This document shows, piece by piece, positions 17,551 to 25,156 of a stretch of DNA of 34,792 nt; position 1 is the stretch's first letter; every line of letters begins with the position of its first letter. Made by a program: the position numbers and the translations under genes. The notes below the pieces were generated by a model. The model had not been told where the DNA came from. It worked only from the letters and a program-made list of their open reading frames with translations, and ran no database searches. This DNA comes from a virus. The stretch spans positions 1 through 34,792 of IMG/VR virus record IMGVR_UViG_3300045988_168524, one strand, 5' to 3'.

Positions 17551-17899
17551 TTTTAACCTCGCTTATATTGCCTTGGGGTTTCTCGATTTTCGTCATAACC
17601 TCACACAACTCCTGGATGTTCTGGCGGTGAGCTATCGCCAAGCCCTCCAGCTTGTAAGCCACGTCTAGCAGGGGGTTTAATTTTTCTATACACGCCTGAA
17701 AATCCCGAGGGAAATCTTGGAGGATGTCATTTAGATCGTCCAAAGTAAAGCCTCTAGGGAAATCTTGGAGCATTTTCCTTAGCTCGCTCAAAACAAAATA
17801 TGATTCGTCGAGGCACGGAGTTAATTCGTCCTGATATCTTCTGATGCCAAAAAGTTTGTGAAGCGCGTCATCTATTATCAATTTTTTCTCAATAGTCAT
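17537..17899 (-). CDS. Small helical hypothetical protein (array member 7/7)
   Basis: 120 aa. ATG with an AAAGGAAA SD. Contains an internal repeat LQDFPRGF / LQDFPRDF. Confidence 0.6.
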   Translation of the reverse strand: MTIEKKLIIDDALHKLFGIRRYQDELTPCLDESYFVLSELRKMLQDFPRGFTLDDLNDILQDFPRDFQACIEKLNPLLDVAYKLEGLAIAHRQNIQELCEVMTKIEKPQGNISEVKNESR

Positions 17900-17918
17900 T
17901 TTGGGGTTTCCTTTCTGT

Positions 17919-18443
17919 TTAGAATGGCGGGTTGGTGCCGGTGGTGTTGCCGATTACCCACGGGTCGGCAGCGGCGGGTTTTTGCGCGGGGGCTTGCTGG
18001 GTTGGTTGTTGATTCTGCGCGGCTTGTGTGGGTTGTTGTGCCCACGGGTTGTCGGTAGGCGCGCCCCATTGCCCCTGCCCGCTGCCGGTGGGTTGGGCGG
18101 GTTGGTTCTTGGGTGGTCTGATTCGTATCGCCGGATTAAGCACCCTGTAGGTGATTCCAGCTCTCCCGTCTGGGGTGCTCCACGGGTCTAGGGATAGCCC
18201 AGTTCCGTGGAACTCAATTAGCTGCCCACGTTTGGCGGCAGTGGCGTAGTGTTCGGCTTCTTCGCCCCAGAATGTTAGGGAGAGCCATAGGGGCGCGCCG
18301 TTTTCTTCCCACTCGCCGTTTTGGTTTTGGCGGGACGCGGTTGCGCCTATCGAGTATTCACAGACAGCTAGCCCGCTTTTGGTGTATCTGAGCTGCGGGT
18401 CTGATCCTAGGTTTCCTGTGCCTGAGATGTGTTTGACTGCCAT
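17919..18443 (-). CDS. ssb: Single-stranded DNA-binding protein
   Basis: 174 aa. The OB-fold region carries W/F aromatics. The tail is Gln/Pro/Ala-rich and ends …DPWVIGNTTGTNPPF, an SSB-like C-terminus. AAAGGAG SD. Confidence 0.8.
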   Translation of the reverse strand: MAVKHISGTGNLGSDPQLRYTKSGLAVCEYSIGATASRQNQNGEWEENGAPLWLSLTFWGEEAEHYATAAKRGQLIEFHGTGLSLDPWSTPDGRAGITYRVLNPAIRIRPPKNQPAQPTGSGQGQWGAPTDNPWAQQPTQAAQNQQPTQQAPAQKPAAADPWVIGNTTGTNPPF

Positions 18444-18469
18444 TATTTTTCTCCTTTATTTTGTTGATT

Positions 18470-18677
18470 GTTTTTCCATGCCATGCCCGGACGCGCCGTG
18501 CTATGCCTGACCCTGCCGCGCCGTGCCCCGCCAGCCAAGCCATGCCGTGCCACCCGCGACACGCCTCGCTTCTCCATGCCTCGCCTAACCTGCCTAGCCA
18601 CGCCTTACCGCGCCTAACCCTGCCAAACCCGGACACGCCTCGCCCCGCCGTACCATACCTGCCTCGGCGTTTACGAT
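18470..18677. repeat. Non-coding C-rich (G-rich on the transcribed strand) degenerate repeat array upstream of ssb
   Basis: Recurring units include CCATGCC (x4), CGCGCCGTGC (x2), ACACGCCTCGC (x2), CGCCTAACC(C)TGCC (x2) and CCCGGAC(A/G)CGCC (x2). There is no plausible ORF on the operon strand. Confidence 0.6.
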
Positions 18678-19103
18678 TTAGGCGGCGAATACCTCGGTGG
18701 ATAGTTCCAGTAAATCGACTAGGTGTGAGTAGCGGTCGCGGGTGTTCTCCATTTCGCTGCGAGCGTCCGCAAGTGCTTTTTCTCTTAGGAAGTCGTTTTT
18801 GCTTATTTCCTCGACCGGGTAGTATTGCCGTTTTCCCTCGCTGCTTGTCCCGGTGGGAATGAATGCGGGGGTGTAGACCACTTGCGTGGCTTTTTTCGGG
18901 GTGTATTCGATTCGCACGGTTGCGATTAACCTGCCGGCTTCGATTAGCCGGTATCTTTCGGCTGCGCGTGAATCCTCCCAGGTGAAGTAGCCGTGTAGGG
19001 GTGAGTTTTTGGGGCGGGCGGCTTCTAGTACTGCTTCGCAGGTGAGTACCCCGTCGCGGGAATGTATCGCCCGCAGCTCTTTCTCAATCGTCGGGTTAGT
19101 CAT
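18678..19103 (-). CDS. Hypothetical protein (141 aa)
   Basis: Internal ATG at 19103 with an AAGGAG SD, starting 2 nt after the upstream stop. The longer 202-aa version in the ORF track would overlap the upstream gene by 181 nt. Confidence 0.55.
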   Translation of the reverse strand: MTNPTIEKELRAIHSRDGVLTCEAVLEAARPKNSPLHGYFTWEDSRAAERYRLIEAGRLIATVRIEYTPKKATQVVYTPAFIPTGTSSEGKRQYYPVEEISKNDFLREKALADARSEMENTRDRYSHLVDLLELSTEVFAA

Positions 19104-19105
19104 TG

Positions 19106-19723
19106 CTATTGCTCCTTGATGATTTTGATGTTGCCGGGTACGACTTCGTAAGTGCCGTACAGTCCATTTTTTTCGGGTCGCCATTCCCCGACTCCTACGG
19201 TTTTGCCGCCGAAGTTGATTAGCGCGATTAGTGAATCGAGGGACAGTAGGTTGGGGAAGAAGTCGATTACTAGGGTTGCTTCCCATTCGTCGAACTGTGG
19301 GCGGTAGCGCAAGTCAGACCCGGCTCGTGATAGGCGCACGGTGTCCTCCCGCATGTGTGGTTCGCCCTTGATTTCCGCGAGTTCTTGGTCGCAGATCGTC
19401 GAGTATTCGCCCTTGAAGCTCATTAGCTGGCGCAGTTCGGTCATGACTTGTCCCATGAGTTTGCCGCCGCGCACCGTTGCGGCTTTGAAAGCCACCACCG
19501 GGAATCCGTAGCGGGTTTTGTCTAGCTGGTAGATAGCGGCGCGATATTCTGCGTCAGGGTCTTTTAGCTCCTTGCCCTTTTTCTTGCCCTGCATATTGTC
19601 GAGCATTTGTTTTTTAGCTTTTTCGCTCCATTTATGCATAATCAGCGGACTTAATCCTTTGATTGGGATAACTGCCGTTTGGGTGGTCATTTGAGGTATT
19701 TCGATTGCGGTCATTTCTGCCAT
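19106..19723 (-). CDS. Hypothetical early protein (205 aa)
   Basis: ATG with an AAAGGAAA SD. No recognisable motif. Confidence 0.65.
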   Translation of the reverse strand: MAEMTAIEIPQMTTQTAVIPIKGLSPLIMHKWSEKAKKQMLDNMQGKKKGKELKDPDAEYRAAIYQLDKTRYGFPVVAFKAATVRGGKLMGQVMTELRQLMSFKGEYSTICDQELAEIKGEPHMREDTVRLSRAGSDLRYRPQFDEWEATLVIDFFPNLLSLDSLIALINFGGKTVGVGEWRPEKNGLYGTYEVVPGNIKIIKEQ

Positions 19724-19801
19724 TTTATTTTTCCTTTATTTTGTGGGTTTTATTTTGGTTATTTAGCTATCTTTCCCCGCGTATTTTTAGCGGGCTGGTG
19801 G

Positions 19802-20395
19802 TTAGTGGTGGGTTGTCACCTCCTGTCTGTCGGCGTGTGCGTGTGCCGTTTTAACGGGTTGGAAATCACTCACCCTAGCTGGGATAGGGTTTACGGGTTT
19901 TAGCCCGTTCCTCGCGTTCCTAGACAGCTCTGGCGGGGTGTTGTGGGTTGCGGGTGAGGATAGCTTTAACGCTTGCGCGGCTTGCTTGAGTGCTTGACGT
20001 TCTGCGACCTCCACCGGTAACGCCTTGACCCCAATCAAGAACCGGCGGGTCTTTTCCCAGGTCACATAGGCTTGCGGGTCGCTAGGCGGGTTAATCCGCG
20101 CCCCGCTAGGGTTAGCATTTTCCACGGCGTTTAACCGTGCCGCCTGGATTTTCCGAATCTCGCGAGCTAACGCTTCAGGGCTGATACGCGGGGCATATTC
20201 CCGCGAGTTTTGCCAGGTGGTAACCAAGTTTCGGGTCGCTGCCTCTAGGTCTGCTTGACGTACTTCCTGGACGGATTGCCCGGCGTGGTTGAGATAGTCA
20301 GCCCACACTAGGGCTTGCCCATCTGACCTGGCTGTTATCGCTCCACAGTCCACCAGATAGGCGATTACCTGCACGGCTTGCGCTTCGCTGATCAT
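19802..20395 (-). CDS. Hypothetical early protein (197 aa), downstream of the replication initiator
   Basis: ATGA overlap with the initiator gene stop. No Walker motifs seen. Confidence 0.6.
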   Translation of the reverse strand: MISEAQAVQVIAYLVDCGAITARSDGQALVWADYLNHAGQSVQEVRQADLEAATRNLVTTWQNSREYAPRISPEALAREIRKIQAARLNAVENANPSGARINPPSDPQAYVTWEKTRRFLIGVKALPVEVAERQALKQAAQALKLSSPATHNTPPELSRNARNGLKPVNPIPARVSDFQPVKTAHAHADRQEVTTHH

Positions 20396-21348
20396 GCCGC
20401 GTCACCTCCTGTCGAGGTGAGGAATCCGAAAACGCTTTCTTGCTGGTCTTCTTGGGTTTGCGTCTGCTGTTGGGTGGCTTGCCGGTTAGCGGCGGCTTTG
20501 AACATTCTTTCTACGCGTTCGCCTTGTGAAACGTAGTGTGTGCTGCTGTTTTCCGGCTTCACGTAGGGGCTGCGTAGCCAGTTTCTAAATCCTGCGTCCC
20601 AATCCCGATAGGCTTTCCCGTGCGCTCTTGCGTAGTCCCTGAACTTTTCCGCCTGGGCTTCTAGATCAATCCCGCGCTCTAGCGCGATCCTTGCGTGGGT
20701 CGGGTTGGGTTTCCAATCAGCGGGGAGGGGTACAGCGCGCTTGCGGGTCTTTGCGGGAAGTGGCTCGGTTTCTTTTTTATATATTTTTTCTTTAGATATA
20801 TCTATATCTATATCTTTATCTTTATCTGCTACGTTTTCGCTAGAGCCTTTGCTAAGCATTTTGCTAGGGTCTTGCTTAGCATTTTGCTTGCCTTTCGCTA
20901 ACCCTCCGCGCCGTCCCGCCTCCCTCAAACGCTCTTGACGTGCAAGAATATCTTTTCGGCTCGCTTGGTGACCCAAATAATCATGAATCAAAAACGCGCC
21001 GTTTTCATAGCTCAAAGTTGCGGGGTCGCCGTTACTTTTTAGCTCATTTATTAAATGCTCCGCTAGCTCCTGTAAGCCCACACCTAGCGAGCTGCTTAGC
21101 ATTTTGCTTGTCTTTTTGCTTAGCTCTTTGCTTAGCATTAAGCTGTGCAACCCGCTTAGCGTATCGCTTGCCGTATTGGTAGCCAGTCGCTTAGCCACAA
21201 CCTCCGGGACTACTCCGTCCGTCATGTACTCGGAGCAGTAGCAAAGCATCTCCATAAAAAGCCAGCGCGCCGGGACTGATACCGCCAGCATTTTAGGGTG
21301 CATCGGTAAATCTAGGGATATTTTTATCCATTTCCGAGTGTCTGCCAT
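20392..21348 (-). CDS. Replication initiator / DnaD-like replisome organiser (putative), carrying internal iteron-like repeats
   Basis: 318 aa behind a GGGAGGAGG SD. The C-terminus …PADWKPNPTHARIALERGIDLEAQAEKFRDYARAHGKAYRDWDAGFRNWL is DnaD/phage-replication-protein-like. The central low-complexity stretches are encoded by repeated DNA. Confidence 0.6.
   Translation of the reverse strand: MADTRKWIKISLDLPMHPKMLAVSVPARWLFMEMLCYCSEYMTDGVVPEVVAKRLATNTASDTLSGLHSLMLSKELSKKTSKMLSSSLGVGLQELAEHLINELKSNGDPATLSYENGAFLIHDYLGHQASRKDILARQERLREAGRRGGLAKGKQNAKQDPSKMLSKGSSENVADKDKDIDIDISKEKIYKKETEPLPAKTRKRAVPLPADWKPNPTHARIALERGIDLEAQAEKFRDYARAHGKAYRDWDAGFRNWLRSPYVKPENSSTHYVSQGERVERMFKAAANRQATQQQTQTQEDQQESVFGFLTSTGGDAA
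20772..21200. repeat. Candidate origin of replication inside the initiator gene: an AT-rich (ATATCT)n tract plus at least six copies of GCTTAGC
   Basis: An AT-rich block at 20772-20828 contains (atatct)x3 and (ttatct)x2. GCTTAGC occurs at 20874, 21094, 21118, 21130, 21164 and 21189, and its reverse complement GCTAAGC at 20851. The longer unit GCTTAGCATTTTGCTTG occurs twice. Confidence 0.5.
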
Positions 21349-21520
21349 TTTTTCCTCCTCCCATTTCTTCCAAAACTTTTAGAAAATCAGTCGATATTAA
21401 GCAATAATCTGGGTCTGCAATATCTGGTATTAAAAGCCCATTCTCAATAAGTAAATGCAAGATTTCTTTAACATCTTTCCGGGCTTCTTCATCCAAATCA
21501 TTAACATTAAAATCAGTCAT
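21293..21520 (-). CDS. Small acidic hypothetical protein (75 aa)
   Basis: ATG at 21520 overlaps the rusA stop as ATGACTGA. Its 3' end overlaps the initiator start by 56 nt, so the C-terminal ~20 aa are uncertain. Confidence 0.45.
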   Translation of the reverse strand: MTDFNVNDLDEEARKDVKEILHLLIENGLLIPDIADPDYCLISTDFLKVLEEMGGGKNGRHSEMDKNIPRFTDAP

Positions 21521-22004
21521 GACTGCCGCCCGGGAATCTATAAACCGCGCATTCAAGACGCGGCCCCTCTCTATCCCCGACCCGCCGGGATTTCGCGTAA
21601 TCCTTTTGCACCCTCGACCCGATAACCCTCGAATCATCGAAAAGAAAACGCCTACCCTTGCGGGGTGCTAAAGCGTCTTGCACAGCACGCAATAGCTTGT
21701 CCTGGTCGGGCTTTACGGCGGGATATAGGAAGCGGGGTCGCAGTGGTTTTTTCAGATAAAATCGGGCTGATAATAAAACCGGTTCATCTAGCCCCGTCCC
21801 ATCATCTGGGAGAATCCAGCGGCGAGCGTAGGCGGCTTGAAAAGCCTCCTGGAGTATCCGGTTCCGCCATAAAATCAGCTCGTCGCTTTTCACGTGATAG
21901 AGACTTCCGGCGCGGTGGTTGATTTTCATCGACCCCTGCGATACCGGTTCACCCAGAACGGTGAAAGCTATCCCGTCCAACGCTGTCCAGTCAATCCATT
22001 TCAT
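21513..22004 (-). CDS. rusA: RusA-like Holliday junction resolvase
   Basis: Motifs GEPVSQGSMK…KPDQDKLLRAVQDAL…DDSRV match the RusA family. The preferred start is the ATG at 22004, which overlaps the upstream stop as ATGA. The longer ATG at 22031 is the alternative. Confidence 0.75.
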   Translation of the reverse strand: MKWIDWTALDGIAFTVLGEPVSQGSMKINHRAGSLYHVKSDELILWRNRILQEAFQAAYARRWILPDDGTGLDEPVLLSARFYLKKPLRPRFLYPAVKPDQDKLLRAVQDALAPRKGRRFLFDDSRVIGSRVQKDYAKSRRVGDREGPRLECAVYRFPGGSHD

Positions 22005-22393
22005 GATGCGCGCCGCCTCTCGGCTTTCCATTCCGCCTCGGTTTTAGCGGTCTCTAAGGCTTCGATACCTGCTGGGGTGATTCGGTAGCGGCGGCAAGCC
22101 CGCCCCGTGCTAGACACCCCGTCCCGGTCGATAACCTTTATCCACCCGTACCGGACAGCTTCCACGCGGCGTGACCGCACAGATGAGGGTGTAACCGCCC
22201 TCCCCGTCATATGTAGATAGGTGGTTAAATCCTCGTCAGTAAACGGCGCTGAATGGCTATCCATCTTGCGCGCTGCCGATAGTACCCAGCCCATGTGCCG
22301 GTTCACATTCACGGATTCAGCAGCAAGGCTAGAAGTAGTCGGGTCAGTTGCCCTAGCGTGGGCGGTTTCCATCGTCAAAAGCTTCTCACTCAT
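22001..22393 (-). CDS. Putative winged-helix DNA-binding protein
   Basis: 130 aa from the ATG at 22393, with a GAAAGGAG SD ending 13 nt upstream. The ATG overlaps the stop of the small Zn-ribbon ORF. The longer ATG at 22423 lacks an SD. Confidence 0.5.
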   Translation of the reverse strand: MSEKLLTMETAHARATDPTTSSLAAESVNVNRHMGWVLSAARKMDSHSAPFTDEDLTTYLHMTGRAVTPSSVRSRRVEAVRYGWIKVIDRDGVSSTGRACRRYRITPAGIEALETAKTEAEWKAERRRAS

Positions 22394-22544
22394 AACCAGG
22401 CGCACTCCTTTCCATGTGGTCATGCCAGCAGGTATCGCAAAAAATCATGTACGGCTCACCGTCCGGTTTATATAGAGAATTCGTGTCGGTCAGCTCGATT
22501 GGCTTTCTGCATACCCAGCAGTAGCGGGTAACGGTCTTGCTCAT
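22386..22544 (-). CDS. Small Zn-ribbon protein (52 aa), not in the ORF track
   Basis: ATG at 22544 overlaps the recT stop as ATGA. Translation MSKTVTRYCWVCRKPIELTDTNSLYKPDGEPYMIFCDTCWHDHMERSAPGYE has CxxC…CxxC. Confidence 0.5.
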   Translation of the reverse strand: MSKTVTRYCWVCRKPIELTDTNSLYKPDGEPYMIFCDTCWHDHMERSAPGYE

Positions 22545-23458
22545 TCTTCGACTACCTCCACATCAAGCAAAGGTGGTGCGTCATTTACCGGCGGGGCATC
22601 TTTGGGTTGGTTTTTCTTCGCGAGCTGCTCATTAATATGCAACGCCAAACCCTTACCCTCCTCAACGGTCATTTCGTAGAGTTTTGAGGTACGCCCTTTC
22701 GTGTAGTACCGGATGCCCTCAGCGGCTTTCACCGCGGTTAATCCAAGCTCAGACATTCCTGCTTGTATCCCGTCTATCTGTGCCTGATTTAACAGGTTAG
22801 GTTTAGGGGCGGGCGCGGGCTGTGATTGCGGTACTTGCTGGACGTGCTGCACCTGAGAGGTCAAGGGGGCGACATTATCCGCCTGACGCATTTCCTCCGA
22901 CACATACAGCCCGGACATATCTTGCGGAAACGCTTTGCGTAATGCCAGCATCTCGGCGCATTTAGCGAGCATAGTGTCCGCCATTTTCGCCCAAAGCCCA
23001 GTCACTTCCCCCTCTCGATTAACCGCCTTATAGGCGTCAAAGCGGGCTATGCCGGTAAATGAGCCGCCTTTATATAGGACTACATATTTAGCGGCGGCGG
23101 GCGGGGGCGGTTTCAACCACACGTCAGCCCAATTGCCGCCTGCGTCGCACCAGAACGGTCCCTCGGTGGAATAAGGCGCGCCGGACTCATCTGCGACACG
23201 GCGGGCGATAAGCCTCGCCCCGTCTATCGAGGTTTGAATTGTCCAGCGCTTTACCCATTGGTTGCCCTGCCGCACATTACGCCCGATCATATAGATTTGA
23301 CGGCTAAAAGGGTCTAACCCGGTGCGTTGGCAGTAGTGCATGAAAACATCGAGGTCGCCTTTATCTGCTTGGTCTATTCCTAGATGTTGCAACGCGGCGA
23401 CTTGTGTCTGTGTGAAACTTGTTTGCTTAGGTGAGATTGTCAATGCTTGGCTACTCAT
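22541..23458 (-). CDS. recT: RecT-family single-strand annealing recombinase
   Basis: 305 aa with …TQVAALQHLGIDQ…GLDPF…QIYMI…IDGARLIARR…MLAKCAEMLALRKAFP…, the conserved RecT/Redβ blocks. Confidence 0.8.
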   Translation of the reverse strand: MSSQALTISPKQTSFTQTQVAALQHLGIDQADKGDLDVFMHYCQRTGLDPFSRQIYMIGRNVRQGNQWVKRWTIQTSIDGARLIARRVADESGAPYSTEGPFWCDAGGNWADVWLKPPPPAAAKYVVLYKGGSFTGIARFDAYKAVNREGEVTGLWAKMADTMLAKCAEMLALRKAFPQDMSGLYVSEEMRQADNVAPLTSQVQHVQQVPQSQPAPAPKPNLLNQAQIDGIQAGMSELGLTAVKAAEGIRYYTKGRTSKLYEMTVEEGKGLALHINEQLAKKNQPKDAPPVNDAPPLLDVEVVEE

Positions 23459-23972
23459 TGTCGGTCACCGCCTCCAGCAACCCTGATATTCCGCCTCTTG
23501 CGGTCGCGTCCTCAAGTAAGTTCTCGGCTTGCTCAGAGGATTGGCGGACAGTGAGGGTGGAACGGGCGGGGGGTGCTTCTTCCACGCCATCGGGAATTTC
23601 GCCCACCAGCTTCTCCATGTAACCCTCGAGAAAATCCGCGTCATTCATACGGGAAGTTTTTTTGATAGTGGTTTCTACGTGTAAATAAGCGATTTCGGGG
23701 TCGTTTTCGCTTATCCATTTCGCGAACGTCACCGGGTCTTTAATCTTGTAACGCCCGCCTTTAGGCTTGGAGCGGATAAGTACGGCGATTTCTGTCTCAC
23801 CATCAATGCCGCGCGCGTATAGCCGGTCTCCAGGTTTCAAAGCGTCCTCAATGAAAGCGCGCGCGTGGTTCTCAATCTTTTTAACCTGCTCTTTCACCAG
23901 TTTGCAAACCGCGAGCTGCCGGGCAGCGTCCTGGGTAGTCTCCGGTTTCGGGAATCTAACAGTCTTAGCCAT
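23451..23972 (-). CDS. Hypothetical early protein (173 aa) adjacent to recT
   Basis: GAAGGAGG SD. No recognisable motif. Confidence 0.65.
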   Translation of the reverse strand: MAKTVRFPKPETTQDAARQLAVCKLVKEQVKKIENHARAFIEDALKPGDRLYARGIDGETEIAVLIRSKPKGGRYKIKDPVTFAKWISENDPEIAYLHVETTIKKTSRMNDADFLEGYMEKLVGEIPDGVEEAPPARSTLTVRQSSEQAENLLEDATARGGISGLLEAVTDNE

Positions 23973-23988
23973 AGTGGCGTCCTCCTTC

Positions 23989-24147
23989 TTATAGGTAGTT
24001 GGTCGGGGTGGGATTGTCGGTTTTTAGGTGGCGGGGCGGGTTGTTGCGTTGCCGTAGGTATTCTTCGATAAAGAGGACTATCGCGGCAGCTCCGCCAGTA
24101 AATAGCAGGATTGCGGCGACAGTTAAAGCGATGTTAAAAATTGTCAT
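23989..24147 (-). CDS. Small single-TM membrane protein (52 aa), not in the ORF track
   Basis: ATG at 24147 with an AAAGGAAA SD. Translation MTIFNIALTVAAILLFTGGAAAIVLFIEEYLRQRNNPPRHLKTDNPTPTNYL. Its stop lies 17 nt before the next ATG. Confidence 0.45.
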   Translation of the reverse strand: MTIFNIALTVAAILLFTGGAAAIVLFIEEYLRQRNNPPRHLKTDNPTPTNYL

Positions 24148-24174
24148 TTTTTAGGATTTCCTTTCTAGTGGGGT

Positions 24175-24375
24175 TTATTTCGTGGGTGTAAAAAGCAAGA
24201 TTCCGCCGATTAGGTAAGCGCTTGCCATACCCCAAAAAGCGGCGGCAGCGCTTAACGTCTCAGTCTCGGCGGGGGATATGAAGAAAAAGCACACATATAT
24301 GCAGGTGGCTACACCCATTAGGGTTAGCCCTGCACGGCGCGCCCAAAAAACCGCGCGCGAAAGCTCAACGTTCAT
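24175..24375 (-). CDS. Small two-TM membrane protein (66 aa)
   Basis: Internal ATG (MNVELSRAVFWARRAGLTLMGVATCIYVCFFFISPAE…) lies 29 nt downstream of the Xis-like stop. The 110-aa version in the ORF track overlaps the Xis-like gene. Confidence 0.45.
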   Translation of the reverse strand: MNVELSRAVFWARRAGLTLMGVATCIYVCFFFISPAETETLSAAAAFWGMASAYLIGGILLFTPTK

Positions 24376-24403
24376 AGGGGATTCCTTAGATATAGAGGGG
24401 GTG

Positions 24404-24583
24404 TTAGATGGTTTGGGAAAAAAGCTTTTCAAGCTCTTTAATCCAGATACGGGGAGAGCCTTTAGAGTAGCGTTTCCGGATTTGTCCGGTCTGGGAGAGC
24501 CGGTCAATAGTGCGCACGGAAACTTTCGCGGCTTTCGCTGCTTCCTCCCTGGTTAAAAGCTCACAAAGTGGGATTCGCGGCAT
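24404..24583 (-). CDS. Excisionase/AlpA-like HTH DNA-binding protein (59 aa), not in the ORF track
   Basis: Translation MPRIPLCELLTREEAAKAAKVSVRTIDRLSQTGQIRKRYSKGSPRIWIKELEKLFSQTI follows the Xis/AlpA MerR-like HTH pattern. A G8 run lies 9 nt upstream of the ATG. Confidence 0.6.
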   Translation of the reverse strand: MPRIPLCELLTREEAAKAAKVSVRTIDRLSQTGQIRKRYSKGSPRIWIKELEKLFSQTI

Positions 24584-24699
24584 TTATTATTCCCCCCCCT
24601 CTTGCAGCCCGATTTTTGGGGTGGGGTGATGTGTTGGCGCTTCATAGCGTCCTCCAAAAAACTACCGAAATTCGTTCTGGGACGCTGGCGCGGTTTTTC

Positions 24700-24999
24700 T
24701 TAGTCATTTTTACTACCTCTTTTAGGAAGTTTGTTTTTGCTATTTCCAGCAGTTTCTAGATGCTTTTCTAAAAACCGTGGGTTAAGTAAGACGATTGGGC
24801 GTACACGCAGCACCTCGCAAGACTTTTTAGCCAGAGCCGGGGTCAAAGACCTCCTCCCAGCTTCGATGTTCGCGAGGTAGGGGCGGGAGACGTGGAGTTC
24901 TCTCGCGAGTTCGTCAGCGTTGAGTCCACGCGCTTCGCGTAGTGTACGGAGTGTTGCCCCTGTCCGCACATTTTCGGTTTCCAAATGTTTCCATTTCAT
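24700..24999 (-). CDS. Cro-like HTH_XRE regulator, first gene of the minus-strand early operon
   Basis: HTH TLRTLREARGLNADELARELHVSRPYLANIEAGRR. Start taken at the internal ATG at 24999. The 45 aa upstream in the ORF track are translated from AT-rich promoter DNA and look non-coding. Confidence 0.6.
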   Translation of the reverse strand: MKWKHLETENVRTGATLRTLREARGLNADELARELHVSRPYLANIEAGRRSLTPALAKKSCEVLRVRPIVLLNPRFLEKHLETAGNSKNKLPKRGSKND

Positions 25000-25156
25000 A
25001 GGAATAAAAATATAGCTAAATCGGAACAAAATCAACTTAATATGCCACTTCTGGAAACTTTTTCGAAACTTTTTATTTACCAGATAGGCGCTAAACTCGA
25101 AAAATGAAGATGGAAATAATAAAAAACGTTCCAAAAGTTTCCTATAGTATGAGACT
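25000..25156. promoter_or_regulatory. Divergent promoter/operator region of the genetic switch, with repeated GGAAACTTTTT half-sites
   Basis: GGAAACTTTTT (25053-25063), CGAAACTTTTT (25064-25074) and the inverted AAAAGTTTCC (25133-25142). A -10-like TATAGT at 25144-25149 ends 7 nt before the cI-like ATG, which implies a leaderless mRNA. Confidence 0.5.

Noticed and set aside
18358-18862. ORFs (92 aa minus, 133 aa plus) across the C-rich repeat region upstream of ssb
   Set aside because: Their products are R/G/W- or P/R-rich low-complexity and they overlap the ssb start. The region is better explained as a non-coding repeat array.
18678-19286. 202-aa version of the ORF starting at 19286
   Set aside because: It would overlap the upstream gene by 181 nt. 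The internal ATG at 19103 has an AAGGAG SD 2 nt after the upstream stop.
24584-24699. Possible 30-aa ORF (ATG 24645, GGAGGA SD) between the Cro-like and Xis-like genes
   Set aside because: It is very short, runs into the Xis-like gene in another frame, and has no recognisable product. It might be a leader peptide, but support is insufficient.
24999-25134. N-terminal 45-aa extension of the Cro-like ORF as given in the track
   Set aside because: It is translated from the AT-rich operator/promoter DNA (FLLFPSSFFEFSAYLVNKKF…). The HTH domain begins after the internal ATG at 24999.
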